Counted from the first letter of the stretch, positions 38,993-49,722 are shown. The stretch: DNA of 63,344 nucleotides from a virus (IMGVR_UViG_3300037228_000056:1-63344); one strand, 5' to 3'. Made by a program: numbers and translations. Notes: generated from the sequence alone by a model not told the origin.

Positions 38993-39621
38993 CCGCGGAC
39001 AGCCTCACGGTCCGCACGAGCGTGCGCGTGGAGCGCTTCGATCCGGAGCAGGGAGAATGGGCGGCGCGCAAGGCTGACCGGGACTTCAGCGCCCGCGAGG
39101 CCGACGTGCGCCACTTCCGGCACTACGGCGTGCAGCCGTACCAGGTCACAGAGGACTTCGACTGCAACCTGGTCACCGCCGCCGGGTGGGCGGCGCTGCT
39201 CGGCGGCATCGCCGGGTCGACGATCGGCGCGAAGTTCACGGCGGCGAGCGCGCGGATCGGGATCGGCAGCGCCATCACGGCGCCCTCGACCGCCCAGTCC
39301 TTCCTGAACAGCGACACGGGCAGCGGCTCGACGACCAGTTACTACCAGCTCGTGTCGATAGCCCCCGTCATCGTGACCGCGCAACCGCCCCCGTTCTCGC
39401 TGTCCTTCACCGCGACGTTCGGGCCGGCCGTGGCGAACTTCCCGTGGAACGAGTTCGGGACCGACAACGGGACCGCGTCCGGCGTCACCGCGCAGGGCCT
39501 CGGGACGGTCCTGCTGAACGCCGGGCAGAGTCCACAGGGCACCAAGCCGCCCGGCGACACGTGGGTGATCATCGAGACCCTGAACTGCGGGTACGCCTCC
39601 GGGCCGGGGAGCGTCGACTGA
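38989..39621 (+). CDS. Minor tail protein
   Basis: NLVT.AG...RIGIG...ANFPWNEFG...GTK. Confidence 0.65.
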   Translation: MTADSLTVRTSVRVERFDPEQGEWAARKADRDFSAREADVRHFRHYGVQPYQVTEDFDCNLVTAAGWAALLGGIAGSTIGAKFTAASARIGIGSAITAPSTAQSFLNSDTGSGSTTSYYQLVSIAPVIVTAQPPPFSLSFTATFGPAVANFPWNEFGTDNGTASGVTAQGLGTVLLNAGQSPQGTKPPGDTWVIIETLNCGYASGPGSVD

Positions 39622-39622
39622 A

Positions 39623-40000
39623 ATGCGCGTCCTGAGGCCCGCTGCGGCAGTCATCGCCGCGGCGGTCGTCGTCGCGCTTGCGCTCGCATGGGGCGCCGTC
39701 GCCACCTGGGCTCAGCACCAGTTCGGTTTCGCCAGTGGCGACGGCAACGGCGCGCACTACCTGTTCTGGTCCGGCGCCGGGAGTGACCTGGCCTACCTGG
39801 GCGCCGGCGGGGGGGCCATCACCTCGGCCGTGGTCCTCTACCGGCACCATAACTGCCACGAGCCGCGCTGCGCCCGCATCGGGCGCGTGCGCGTCGATGA
39901 CCACGGAACCCTGTCCTGTTTCCGCCATCACCCGGACGGGACGCCGCGCCGGGGCCACGTCGCCCGCGCGCACAGGGCGCACCAGGAGCGTTCGGGATGA
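39623..40000 (+). CDS. Hypothetical membrane protein
   Basis: TMs followed by CHEPRCARIG...CFRHHP. Confidence 0.55.
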   Translation: MRVLRPAAAVIAAAVVVALALAWGAVATWAQHQFGFASGDGNGAHYLFWSGAGSDLAYLGAGGGAITSAVVLYRHHNCHEPRCARIGRVRVDDHGTLSCFRHHPDGTPRRGHVARAHRAHQERSG

Positions 40001-43000
40001 CCGGGCCGCTGACCTACGCGCCGTACTATCCCGGCGGCTGGCAGGACGACCCGTCCACCGTCACGCCGATCATCGCCGCGGCGCTGCAGAACATGGAGTC
40101 CGGGATCACGGCCGCCACCGAGGCGGTGTCCGCGGCGTCGGCACTCCTGCTGACGCGCGTCGCCGTGACCGCGCTCATGAGCCCGTACGCGCTGGGCGCG
40201 AACACGGTAGCCGCCGTCGACACCACCCTCGGCAACGTGACGCTCAAGCTCCCGGATGCGCCCGCAGCGGGCACGCTGGAGGCGGTCAAGCAGGTCATCA
40301 TGGGCACCGGGTACGAGGTCACGATCGCCTGCCAGGGCGCCGACGTGATCAACAAGCCGGGCGGCGGGACGACCCAGGCCCTGGCGCTGCCGTCCCAGGG
40401 GTCGCTGCTGCACTACTCCGGCGCGCCGGACGGGGCCATCTGGACGATCCTGTCCGACGACCTTTCCCTGAGCCAGCTCGACAACCGGTACCTGACGGTC
40501 TTCAACCCCCTCAGCGCCATCTACGCGGGAGGCGCTGACCCCCTCGGGCTCGCCGACTCCACGGCAGCCGTCCAGGCCGCGACCAATGCTGCCGCTGCGG
40601 CTCTCGGCGGCGTGGTGTGGATCGAGAACAAGCTCAAGATCGCCGGCAACCTGACCTGCACCAGCCCGAACGTGTTCTTCGACGGCCCCGGCGCGCTCAT
40701 GTTCTACGGCACCGGCGACTGCCTGCGCGTCTACGACCCCAGCACTTACAACGGGCGGCTCCAGCGCGGCGGCGCGGTCCGCGTCATCATCGACGGCGCC
40801 AACGCCACCGCTCCCGCAACGGGCCTGCACATGGGCGACATCGAGCACTACGAGCTGCGTGCCCAGATCCAGAACTTCACCGGCACCGGCTCGATCGGCC
40901 TGCACCTGGACAACCAGTACTACTGGACGGAGCGGCTGCACGGCGACTGCTATGTCAAGAACTGCACCCAGCTTGTCGTCATCGAGCAGGGAGCGGGTTC
41001 GGCCGGAACGGCGGCGGGCAGCTTCGCCCGGCCCGATCTCGTGCTCTGGCTCACCCAGGGCGCGGCCTACCAGGACCTGGTGTGCGTCCAGACTGACGCG
41101 TTCATCTACGACGGCCCCCGGTTCTCGATCGTCGGCAACTGCCAGTCCACCGCCGGGACGACCACGAACCCGACCAACGGGCTCCCGGCGGCGGTGCTGA
41201 AGATGCTCGGCACCGCCAACATCTTCGCGATGCCGTCGTTCAACATCGGCTGCGAGGTCGACGACGACGACGCCAACACGCCGATGACGATCTACCAGGC
41301 GAACCCCGGAACGCAGTGGATCCAGGGCACCCAGGGCGTCATCGACTTCGCGGCCGGGGCCGGGGTCTTCACCCAGTCGAACCTGGCGACGGGCCACGGC
41401 GGCACGCTCGCGCCGGGAGCGTTCCATCACATGGGGCCGGTCAACGGCGACGCGACGCTGAACCCCGGCGGCACCTCGGCCGGATCGGGCAACCACGCCT
41501 CGACGATCATGACGGGCACCCTGCTGTACGGCAGGAACCCGCTGTCCGCCACTGGCCAGTGGTACGCGCGGGGCGGCGACGTCGGCCAGCTCACCCTGAC
41601 CCAGAACGTCACCCTCCAGCTCTCGCCAGGTGGCTACTCGGGTACCCCGTCAGGTGCCCCGCAGCGCATCACGGCCATCTTCATCCAGGCGGCGTCCGGC
41701 GGTCCTTACACCGTCACCTTCCCGGCCACCTCGACGCCGAGCACGACGACGCCGACGATCAACTTCGGCGCAGCCGGCGCGCCGGCGATGCCCACCGCAG
41801 CAGGCGCCAGGCTGAAAGTGGACTTGTCCACGTACGACGGCGCGACCTGGGATGCCACTTTCGTGTCGTCCGCTGCGGGCGCCAGCGGAGTCACTTCCGT
41901 GGCGGCCGGGGACGCGTCGATCGTGGTTGGCGGCACTGGCGCAGCGCCCACCATCGAGACTGGCACGCTTGACCAGATCGCCACCCTGCACCCGGCCGCT
42001 GGCAACGTGACGTTCAACGGCCACAAGGGCACGAGCGTGGCCAACGGGTCGGCCAGCACAGACGTGGCCGCGTTCGGCCAGCTCCCGTCATCCGGCACGC
42101 CGCTGGCGCTCGCGTCGGGCGGCACGGGAGTGTCGGCCGCGAGCGATGCCGCGCTGCTCGCCGACCTCGGGGCCGCGCCGCTGGCCAGCCCGCCACTGAC
42201 GGGAGCGCCGACCGCGCCGACAGCGGGCGCGCTGACGGATAGCACCCAGGTCGCCACGACCGCCTACGCGGACTCTGCCGTAGCGGTGGAGAAGTCCAGG
42301 GCGCAGACGGCCGAGGCGCTGCTCGCCTCGCTGGCGTCGCCGGCCCTGACCGGCTCGCCGACCGCGCCCACCCAGACCGCAGGCGACAACTCCGCGAAGA
42401 TCGCCACGGACGCGTTTGTGACTGCTGCGGTGCAGGCCAGCCAGCAGGGCCTGTCGGTCAAGCCCTCCGTGCAGCACGCCACCACCGCGGCGCTCCCGGC
42501 AAACACCTACGCGGCCGGGGTGCTGACGGGCTCGGCCACGGGCGTGCTCGCCGTCGACGGCGTCGCTGTCGGGCTGAATGACCGCGTGCTGGCGCAGAAC
42601 GAGGCCGCGCCGGCCAACAACGGGATCTACCTCTGCACCACGGCGGGCGCGTCCGGCGTCGCCTACGTGCTGGCACGGGCGGCCGACATGAGCACCGCCG
42701 CGCAGGTGCCGGGCGCGTTCTGCTTCTGCGAGGCGGGCACCGTCAACGCGGGCGCTGGCTTCACCGTAGCCAGCGCCGGCCCGTTCACTCTCGGCGCGAC
42801 CGCGATCAACTGGACCCAGTTCTCGGGCGCGGGCGAGATCTCGGCTGGCACGGGACTGTCCAGGAGCGGCAACACGATCAGCCTCGCCGTCCCGGTGCCG
42901 GTCGCGGACGGTGGCACGAACGCGACCACGGCACCGGGCGCGCTGACGAGCCTCGGTGCAGTTCCGGCCGCAGGCGGTGCTATGACCGGCGCGCTCGCGA

Positions 43001-43893
43001 TGGGCGCGAACAAGGTCACGGGGCTCGCGAACGGCTCTGCTGCTACCGATGCCGCAGCGTACGGGCAGACCCCGGCCGGCGGCGCGAACGTCACCATCGC
43101 CGAGGGCGGCACCGGGCAGACGACGGCAGCGGCGGCCTTCAGCGCGCTGTCGCCGATGACGACCAAGGGCGACCTGACCATCGAGAACGCCACGCCGGCC
43201 GGCGCAAGGCTGGCGATCGGCACCGCCGGGCAGCTCCTGGCCGTCGTCGCAGGGCTCCCCGCGTGGCAGAGCCTCGACGGCACGGCTTCTGACATCGCGC
43301 TGCCCGGCACCCAGGCAGCGGGCGCGGCCGGGCTCCCCGCCGACTCCGGGCACGTGCACCCGCTCCCGCTGTGGCTGCCCGGCGACAACGGCTACCTCGC
43401 GGCCAACATGGACCCGCAGCAGGCAGCCAGCTCCACGGTGCTCGCAGCCGGGACGCTGTACCTGATGAAGGTGCCGGTCAGGTCCGCGTTCACCTGGACG
43501 AACGTGCGCCTGATCATCAACACGGTCGGCGCGGGCACGTCGACAGGCACGTTCGTCGGCCTGTACAACCCGGCTGGCACGCTGCTCAGCGGGTCAGCGG
43601 ACCTGGCGTCGACGTTCACCGGGTCAAGCGGCGGCAAGAGCTGCGCGCTCACCACCCCGCAGGCGCTGACCCCGGCGAGCGAGGCGTTCATCTGGGTCGC
43701 GGTCCTGTGCAACCTGGCGACCACTCAGGTGAAGCTCGACAACATCGCGTCGAACAGCGCGAACGACAACCTGTCCGCGTCGGCCTACCGGTACTGCATC
43801 AACGGGACGCTGCTCACGGCGCTGCCGGCGAGCATCACGCCGGCCAGCAACAGCCAGACGGGCGCCGTCGATCTCTTCGCCGCCGCGACCTGA
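39997..43893 (+). CDS. Tail fibre/spike protein (mosaic, beta-helix-like N-part)
   Basis: GADPLGLADSTAAVQAA; repeated LASP.LTG.PTAPT; DRVLAQNE...NGIY fibre modules. Confidence 0.75.
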   Translation: MTGPLTYAPYYPGGWQDDPSTVTPIIAAALQNMESGITAATEAVSAASALLLTRVAVTALMSPYALGANTVAAVDTTLGNVTLKLPDAPAAGTLEAVKQVIMGTGYEVTIACQGADVINKPGGGTTQALALPSQGSLLHYSGAPDGAIWTILSDDLSLSQLDNRYLTVFNPLSAIYAGGADPLGLADSTAAVQAATNAAAAALGGVVWIENKLKIAGNLTCTSPNVFFDGPGALMFYGTGDCLRVYDPSTYNGRLQRGGAVRVIIDGANATAPATGLHMGDIEHYELRAQIQNFTGTGSIGLHLDNQYYWTERLHGDCYVKNCTQLVVIEQGAGSAGTAAGSFARPDLVLWLTQGAAYQDLVCVQTDAFIYDGPRFSIVGNCQSTAGTTTNPTNGLPAAVLKMLGTANIFAMPSFNIGCEVDDDDANTPMTIYQANPGTQWIQGTQGVIDFAAGAGVFTQSNLATGHGGTLAPGAFHHMGPVNGDATLNPGGTSAGSGNHASTIMTGTLLYGRNPLSATGQWYARGGDVGQLTLTQNVTLQLSPGGYSGTPSGAPQRITAIFIQAASGGPYTVTFPATSTPSTTTPTINFGAAGAPAMPTAAGARLKVDLSTYDGATWDATFVSSAAGASGVTSVAAGDASIVVGGTGAAPTIETGTLDQIATLHPAAGNVTFNGHKGTSVANGSASTDVAAFGQLPSSGTPLALASGGTGVSAASDAALLADLGAAPLASPPLTGAPTAPTAGALTDSTQVATTAYADSAVAVEKSRAQTAEALLASLASPALTGSPTAPTQTAGDNSAKIATDAFVTAAVQASQQGLSVKPSVQHATTAALPANTYAAGVLTGSATGVLAVDGVAVGLNDRVLAQNEAAPANNGIYLCTTAGASGVAYVLARAADMSTAAQVPGAFCFCEAGTVNAGAGFTVASAGPFTLGATAINWTQFSGAGEISAGTGLSRSGNTISLAVPVPVADGGTNATTAPGALTSLGAVPAAGGAMTGALAMGANKVTGLANGSAATDAAAYGQTPAGGANVTIAEGGTGQTTAAAAFSALSPMTTKGDLTIENATPAGARLAIGTAGQLLAVVAGLPAWQSLDGTASDIALPGTQAAGAAGLPADSGHVHPLPLWLPGDNGYLAANMDPQQAASSTVLAAGTLYLMKVPVRSAFTWTNVRLIINTVGAGTSTGTFVGLYNPAGTLLSGSADLASTFTGSSGGKSCALTTPQALTPASEAFIWVAVLCNLATTQVKLDNIASNSANDNLSASAYRYCINGTLLTALPASITPASNSQTGAVDLFAAAT

Positions 43894-43910
43894 CCGGGCA
43901 ACTGCCCCCC

Positions 43911-44069
43911 TCACCTGAGCCAGGGTAGCCGCCAGGACTGCCTGAAGCGGCGGCAGCCGCACTTGCCGCACGCCCCCCGCCGGATGGCGCCTAACGGGCT
44001 GAACCGCTCCGGGTGGTCGTCCTTCGGGTCGCCGCACCGGCACTGGCGGGGTAAGAGCCTGATCTTCAT
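43911..44069 (-). CDS. Antisense moron, Cys-rich
   Basis: TAGCGT 7 nt before ATG 44069; CRCG...CGKCGC. Confidence 0.45.
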   Translation of the reverse strand: MKIRLLPRQCRCGDPKDDHPERFSPLGAIRRGACGKCGCRRFRQSWRLPWLR

Positions 44070-44117
44070 GGCGCGCACGCTACCAGCCGGGCCTGACCTC
44101 GAGAGGAACCGAGCCAA

Positions 44118-44705
44118 ATGGGCAACAGGACGTACTGGTCGGCCCCGGTCCCTCCCCTCGGGATCACCAGCAACACCCAGGCCGTCACGACGGCCATCAA
44201 CGACGTGTCGCCGCAGCAGACCAACCTCATGGCGGGCGCGCTTGAGCTCGGGACGAGGATCAGGCTGCGGGCCTACGGCGAGTACACGGCGACCTCGGCC
44301 ACTCCCGCGCTTATCCTCGGGTTCTACCTGAACGGCGCGGGCGTCGCGCTGACCACCACCCCGGCAGTCCTGGCCGCGTGCGCCGCTACCGCCGTTAACG
44401 CCTCCGCTGCCGCGTGGCCGTGGATGGCCGAGTACGAGGGCCAGGTCCGCGCCCTCACCAACCCGGCGGCCGGCACCACGGCGCAGGTCTACGGCATGGG
44501 CAAGCTGTGGCTGCCCGCGTCGCTGACCTCCTTCGCCGCGCCCGTCGCCATGCCCGCCACCGCTGCCGCCAGGACCGTGGCCCAGACCGCGACCGGGCTC
44601 ATCACCAGCGCCGAGCAGACCGTCTCCGTCGCCACGACCTGGAGCACCGTGACCGGCGTGACCTCATTCACCTGCGATGAGCTGACGCTCGAACTGCTCG
44701 GGTGA
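44118..44705 (+). CDS. Virion structural protein (hypothetical)
   Basis: GAGAGGA SD; beta-rich. Confidence 0.6.
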   Translation: MGNRTYWSAPVPPLGITSNTQAVTTAINDVSPQQTNLMAGALELGTRIRLRAYGEYTATSATPALILGFYLNGAGVALTTTPAVLAACAATAVNASAAAWPWMAEYEGQVRALTNPAAGTTAQVYGMGKLWLPASLTSFAAPVAMPATAAARTVAQTATGLITSAEQTVSVATTWSTVTGVTSFTCDELTLELLG

Positions 44706-44708
44706 GCG

Positions 44709-46448
44709 GTGGCCGGTAACCCGCCGGCGACCGGGCCGCAGTTCCATCCCTCACTCGGCCCCGGCAACCCATCGGGGCTGCCGTTCCGCTCCTGGCTGCC
44801 TGACCCCGGCTCGTCGTCCGCGCTGGTCACGGTCATCTTCCTGGCCGACATCGCCGCCGTCGCCGACGGCACCGCCAGCGTCGCGGTCACCGAGGCGCCC
44901 TCGGGCTCCGACATCGCGGCCATCACCGACGGCATCGCGGTCATCAAGATGCCCGTCCCGCCGCCGGGGTTCCTGCTCGTCCCAGGGCCATCGACCTTCC
45001 CTGGCCCGGTCACGGGCGCGAGGGAGTACCCCGGCACGCCGGCACCCCTGCCGCGCCTCGCGATGGCCAGCCCGGCGTTCATCAAGTCCCAGATGCCGCG
45101 GATGCACGTGCAGAACCTCATCACGGACCAGTGGCTGCACCGCGACGTGCAGGGCATCACGAGCCCGACCGTCACCTGGACCCTCAACGCCGCCGACTCG
45201 TTCACCTGCACCCTGGGACCGCCGCGCCCCGACATGCTCGACCCGACCGGCAACCCGCTCCTCACCGAGTGGCAGTCGGCCTGCTACCTCGAGGAGTCCG
45301 ACGAGATCAAGTTCGGCGGCATCCTGACCTCCAGCTACATGCAGGGGCCGCAGGACACCGTCACCTTCACCGGCTGGGCCGGCTACCCGTCCGGGATGCC
45401 GTACGAGGGCAACGCCTACACCAGGTTCGGCATCGACGCCCTCGACGCGGTGCGGTACATCTGGGGATGGCTGCAGGGGCAGACGGGCGGCAACCTGGGG
45501 CTGCTCCTGGACGACACCGAGGCCGGGGTGCTCCTCGGCGCGCAGTTCACGCCGGGGACCGCCGCGAGCACGCTGCTCGGCGTCCCTCCCATCGGCTCCT
45601 ACCTGGTGGCCGTGCGCGACACCTCGTCGTTCAGCCGCGGCATGCAGGTCCTCCTGTCCGGCGGCGACCCCAACGTCATCTTCGACGTCGGCGGCTATGG
45701 CTCCTTCACCGGCATCACCAGCTCGCAGTACATGCTGCTCTCCTACCCGGTCAAGGACTACCACAAGGACGGCGCGCCGATAGCCCAGGCACCCACCCCG
45801 GTGCCGTTCACCCTGGACTGGTGGAACTCCACGGACCTGGGGCAGGAGATCGCCTCCATCCAGCAGGAGGCCGTGTTCGACTTCCGGGAGCGGCACTACT
45901 GGGACGACGCGGGCAAGCTGGCGGTCCGGCACCGGCTGCACTTCGGCGTCCCCCGCATCGGCACGAGGCGCTCCGACCTGCGGTTCTGCGAGGGGGAGAA
46001 CATCATCTCACCCGCCGTCATCACCCGCGACGGCACCACGTTCGCGAACGCCGTGACCGGCATGGGCGCGGGACAGGGCCGCACCACGATCCGGGCCGAC
46101 GTCGGCGACGTCACGACGCGGCTGCGGCGGGCGTTCGTCTACCAGGACCAGACGGTGCGGCGGACCGACCGGATGACGGTCAAGGCCCGCAAGGTGCTCC
46201 AGTCAATGCTGGACATCGACACCGTCACCTCCATCACGGTCAAGAACCACCCGAACGCGCCCTTCGGCAGCTTCGCGCCCGGCGACGACATCCCGGTCAT
46301 GCTGTGCACGGGCTGGCGGAACGCCCTGATCTGGTCCCGGATCACCGCGATGAGCCAGGACCCGACCACGGACCTGATGACGCTCACCCTGGCGCGCTCC
46401 GACAGCTTCTCCTACCTGGCCGAGTCCGGGCAGGCGGGCACGCTGTGA
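44709..46448 (+). CDS. Baseplate hub / Tal-like minor tail protein
   Basis: WTLNAADSF, FGGIL, PRIGTRR, GMGAG, PGDDI pattern of siphovirus hub proteins. Confidence 0.7.
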   Translation: MAGNPPATGPQFHPSLGPGNPSGLPFRSWLPDPGSSSALVTVIFLADIAAVADGTASVAVTEAPSGSDIAAITDGIAVIKMPVPPPGFLLVPGPSTFPGPVTGAREYPGTPAPLPRLAMASPAFIKSQMPRMHVQNLITDQWLHRDVQGITSPTVTWTLNAADSFTCTLGPPRPDMLDPTGNPLLTEWQSACYLEESDEIKFGGILTSSYMQGPQDTVTFTGWAGYPSGMPYEGNAYTRFGIDALDAVRYIWGWLQGQTGGNLGLLLDDTEAGVLLGAQFTPGTAASTLLGVPPIGSYLVAVRDTSSFSRGMQVLLSGGDPNVIFDVGGYGSFTGITSSQYMLLSYPVKDYHKDGAPIAQAPTPVPFTLDWWNSTDLGQEIASIQQEAVFDFRERHYWDDAGKLAVRHRLHFGVPRIGTRRSDLRFCEGENIISPAVITRDGTTFANAVTGMGAGQGRTTIRADVGDVTTRLRRAFVYQDQTVRRTDRMTVKARKVLQSMLDIDTVTSITVKNHPNAPFGSFAPGDDIPVMLCTGWRNALIWSRITAMSQDPTTDLMTLTLARSDSFSYLAESGQAGTL

Positions 46449-48205
46449 CCGGGCCGCTCCCCCCGGCGCTGCAACTGCTGAGCAACCAGCTGATCCGGAT
46501 GCAGGCCAGGATCGACCGGCTGGAGCGGGGCCAGCGGACCGCGCAACTGGACCTGAGCACGATCGAGAACGGCGCGCTCGCCATCACCGACGGGACCGGC
46601 ACCGTCCGCTCCGTGGTCGGCCTTCAGGCGGACGGGTCGTTCGGGCACGGCAGCTTCAGCGCCCCCGCTCCCGTGTCTCCCTCCGCGCCGCAGGTGGCCC
46701 CCGTCATCAACGGGCTGCTGATCGCCTGGGACGGCGCCCTGAGCGATGGCAGCGCGCCGCTGGCCGACCTCGCGGGCGCCCAGGTGCACTGCTCGCCGTC
46801 GGAGGGGTTCATCCCGAGCGCGGCCACGCTGCAGGGCGTGCTGCCCGGCGCGGGCCTGTTCGGCGTCACCGGGCTCGCGCCCGGCACCCTTTACCACGTG
46901 GCGCTGGTGGCCTTCAACACGTCCGGGTCGCTCAGCGCCCCGAGCGCGCAGGCCAGCGGGACGCCGGACAGCGTGGTCGCGCACATACCGCCGGGCGCGA
47001 TCCAGGCGGCGCAGATGTCGTTCGTCGCCAGGGACATCGGCGGCATCACCACCTCGATGCAGGACGGGCCGCCGCAGGGCCCGCAGATCAGCGACCTGTG
47101 GTACGACGCGGCGAACGGCTACCTGCTGAACCAGTGGAACGGCTCGGCCTGGGTGCCCTACCAGTTCGGGACGAACGCCATCCAGGCCGGGTCGGTCACC
47201 GCCGAGCTGATAGCGGCCAACACGATCACGGCGGCCCAGCTCGCGGCGGGCATCGTCTACGCCACGATCGTTGACGGCACCACGATCACGGGCGCCCAGT
47301 TCATCGCCTACGGGGCGAACGGGGAATACCTGGCCTACTCAGGACCGCCGGCGGCAGGGAACCTGATCTCATCCGTCTCCGGGGCGCCGGGCACTGACGC
47401 GGTGGGGAACAACTACCTTCCGGGGACCACCAACTACGACAAGATCAGCGGCGGCTACATAAACGCCACCCAGCTCTACGACGGACAGATCGTATTCAGC
47501 CAGGCTGCCGCGTACGACGGGGCGTTCACGCAGGTCGGCTCCCTGTCGATAATCACTCCCGGGCAACTGGGGTTCACCGTCGGCGCCCTTTCCCTTACCG
47601 GGGAACTTTTCGCCGAGGGCCCCGTCTCGTTCGGTGCCGTCCCGGCGGTCCTTAGCACCGACGCCAGCGGCTACCCGGCCTTCACGGACAACGCCGGGCT
47701 GCCTCAGCAGGTCAGCGGATCGGCGCTGGCCCAGGCATCAACGGCCGACATCACGACGGCCGGCGTTGCCTCGATCGGGTACCTCCCGGTCCCGGCCGGG
47801 GACGTTGAGGCCGGGGCGTCGTTCACCGGGCACGCGTCCGGGTCGTTCAGCACCGGGGCGACCGTCCCGTCCGGGTGCTCGTTCAGCGTGTGGTGGGGCG
47901 GCATCTCGGGCACGCAGGTCGCGCAGCTCCAGGTTCCCGTGATCCCGGCCAGCGCGGCAGGGCTCTCCTGGTTCTGCGACTTCGAGCTGAACTGGATGAC
48001 GACAAGCGAGGCGGAGTGCACCCTGACCGTCGGCTGGCGCACCGGGTCCGGCGTCAGCGCCTCCGCCGTCTGGTACGTCGTCGGGATCGCCTCCGGGCTG
48101 CCGACGTCCGGCACCGAGAACTTGTCCATGGCCTTCAGCTGGGGGTCGGCGCCAGGTGGCCAGCAGCTCCTGTGCGACGTGTGCCGGATAGGCCGGGTGG
48201 CGTGA
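46445..48205 (+). CDS. Minor tail protein with FN3-like domain
   Basis: RIDRLER N-terminus; IAWDG...TGLAPGTLYHVALVAFN; ITAAQLAAG repeats. Confidence 0.7.
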   Translation: MTGPLPPALQLLSNQLIRMQARIDRLERGQRTAQLDLSTIENGALAITDGTGTVRSVVGLQADGSFGHGSFSAPAPVSPSAPQVAPVINGLLIAWDGALSDGSAPLADLAGAQVHCSPSEGFIPSAATLQGVLPGAGLFGVTGLAPGTLYHVALVAFNTSGSLSAPSAQASGTPDSVVAHIPPGAIQAAQMSFVARDIGGITTSMQDGPPQGPQISDLWYDAANGYLLNQWNGSAWVPYQFGTNAIQAGSVTAELIAANTITAAQLAAGIVYATIVDGTTITGAQFIAYGANGEYLAYSGPPAAGNLISSVSGAPGTDAVGNNYLPGTTNYDKISGGYINATQLYDGQIVFSQAAAYDGAFTQVGSLSIITPGQLGFTVGALSLTGELFAEGPVSFGAVPAVLSTDASGYPAFTDNAGLPQQVSGSALAQASTADITTAGVASIGYLPVPAGDVEAGASFTGHASGSFSTGATVPSGCSFSVWWGGISGTQVAQLQVPVIPASAAGLSWFCDFELNWMTTSEAECTLTVGWRTGSGVSASAVWYVVGIASGLPTSGTENLSMAFSWGSAPGGQQLLCDVCRIGRVA

Positions 48206-48275
48206 CGGGCGACCCGGCGGCGCCGGTCCTGGACACCCCGGGCTCATCGTTATCACCTGAGCGGGGGCCGTCCTG

Positions 48276-48926
48276 ATGGCCGCTGACGACCCGCGTCCCG
48301 ATCACGGGGACTGGCGCCCCGTCCCGGACCCGACGACGCTGACTACCGAGCAACTGCGGCGCGAGTTGTCAGGGCTGCGGGAGATCCTGACCGCCCGGCT
48401 TGACGGCATGGACCGTGCGACCACGCTGCTCGACGAGACCGTCAACCGGACCCCGACGATCATCCAGACCGAGATCTCCCACGTCCGTGAGCTGATGACG
48501 GAGAAACTCGGCAGCCTCGGGGGGCAGGCCGAGGAGAAGTTCAGCAGCATCCAGCTGCAGTTCAGCGAGCGCGACGTGCGTACTGAACAGGCCGCCACCG
48601 CGAGCGCCAGCGCACTGGCAGCCGCGCTCCAGGCCGCCAAGGAGGCAGTGTTCGAGCAGGCCCAGGCCGCGGCGAAGGCGGCCGAGAAGACCGAGCTGAG
48701 CTTCACGAAGCAGATCGACCAGATCCAGCTTCAGATCAAGACCATCGGCGACGGATTCAGCGACCGCATCGCCGAACTGAAGGAGCGCATTGACCGCGGA
48801 GAGGGCAGCACGACCGGCGCTGAGACATCGCGCTCTGACCAGCGCCTCGGCACGGGGCAGCTCCTCCAGGTCGTTGCGGTCATCCTCACGATGATCGGGC
48901 TCGTGATAGTCGCGTTCCACAAGTAG
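48276..48926 (+). CDS. Coiled-coil protein with C-terminal TM (lysis cassette)
   Basis: PVPDPTTLTTEQL, coiled coil, terminal TM; precedes the endolysin. Confidence 0.65.
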   Translation: MAADDPRPDHGDWRPVPDPTTLTTEQLRRELSGLREILTARLDGMDRATTLLDETVNRTPTIIQTEISHVRELMTEKLGSLGGQAEEKFSSIQLQFSERDVRTEQAATASASALAAALQAAKEAVFEQAQAAAKAAEKTELSFTKQIDQIQLQIKTIGDGFSDRIAELKERIDRGEGSTTGAETSRSDQRLGTGQLLQVVAVILTMIGLVIVAFHK

Positions 48927-48957
48927 CAACCGAGCCCCGCGACCCGAAAGGCACGCA

Positions 48958-49722
48958 ATGACGACACCGGGCAAGCTCACGGTAGGCGCGGACGGCAAGG
49001 TGACCGGGCCTGTCGCGATCACTCACAACTCGCCGTGGCCGTGCGTCAACGGCCAGTACGAGGCATCCGGCGACGCGATGAGCGGCACGGTCATGCACAC
49101 CATGGTCGGCAACCTGCCCGGCACTGTCGGGTGGTTCAACAACAAGGCCGCGCAGGTCTCCGCTCACTTCGGCATCGCGCAGGACGGCTCGGTCTGGCAG
49201 TTCGGCCCGATCGGCCAGGGCTGGTGCGCCTGGGCCGAGATGCAGGGCAACAGCGGCTGGTACTCGATCGAGCACGCCGACGACGGCAACACGCAGAACC
49301 CGCTGACCCCCGAGCAGATCGTCTCCTCGGCGCAGATACTGGAATGCCTGAGCGCGTTCGCCGGGTTCCCGCTCCAGGTGACCGACTCGGTAGATGTCGA
49401 GGGCTACGGCACCCACGTGATGGGGGGAGTCGCCTGGGGGGGGCACACGTGCCCCGGTCCCGGTCCGCGGGCAGCCCAGCGGGCGGCGATCGTCGAGCTG
49501 GCGAGGGAGATCCGCAACCCCCCGGCGCCCGCACCAGGCGCCCCGTACCGGCACGTCGCTGACGGCACCCTCTCGCTCGGCGAGATCGCGGCAGCCCGGG
49601 CCACGACCGCCAGCCACCTGCTCGCCGTCTCCGCTAAGGCCTACACCGCTGCCGACGAGGCAGCGGTGGCCGCGCTGAAGATGCCCGCGGGGACTCCCTA
49701 CTACACCAGCAACCTGGGCTAA
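48958..49722 (+). CDS. Endolysin, N-acetylmuramoyl-L-alanine amidase (Amidase_2-like)
   Basis: VMHT, SAHFGI, SIEH, H...CPG Zn-amidase motifs; LysM-like C-terminus. Confidence 0.85.
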   Translation: MTTPGKLTVGADGKVTGPVAITHNSPWPCVNGQYEASGDAMSGTVMHTMVGNLPGTVGWFNNKAAQVSAHFGIAQDGSVWQFGPIGQGWCAWAEMQGNSGWYSIEHADDGNTQNPLTPEQIVSSAQILECLSAFAGFPLQVTDSVDVEGYGTHVMGGVAWGGHTCPGPGPRAAQRAAIVELAREIRNPPAPAPGAPYRHVADGTLSLGEIAAARATTASHLLAVSAKAYTAADEAAVAALKMPAGTPYYTSNLG

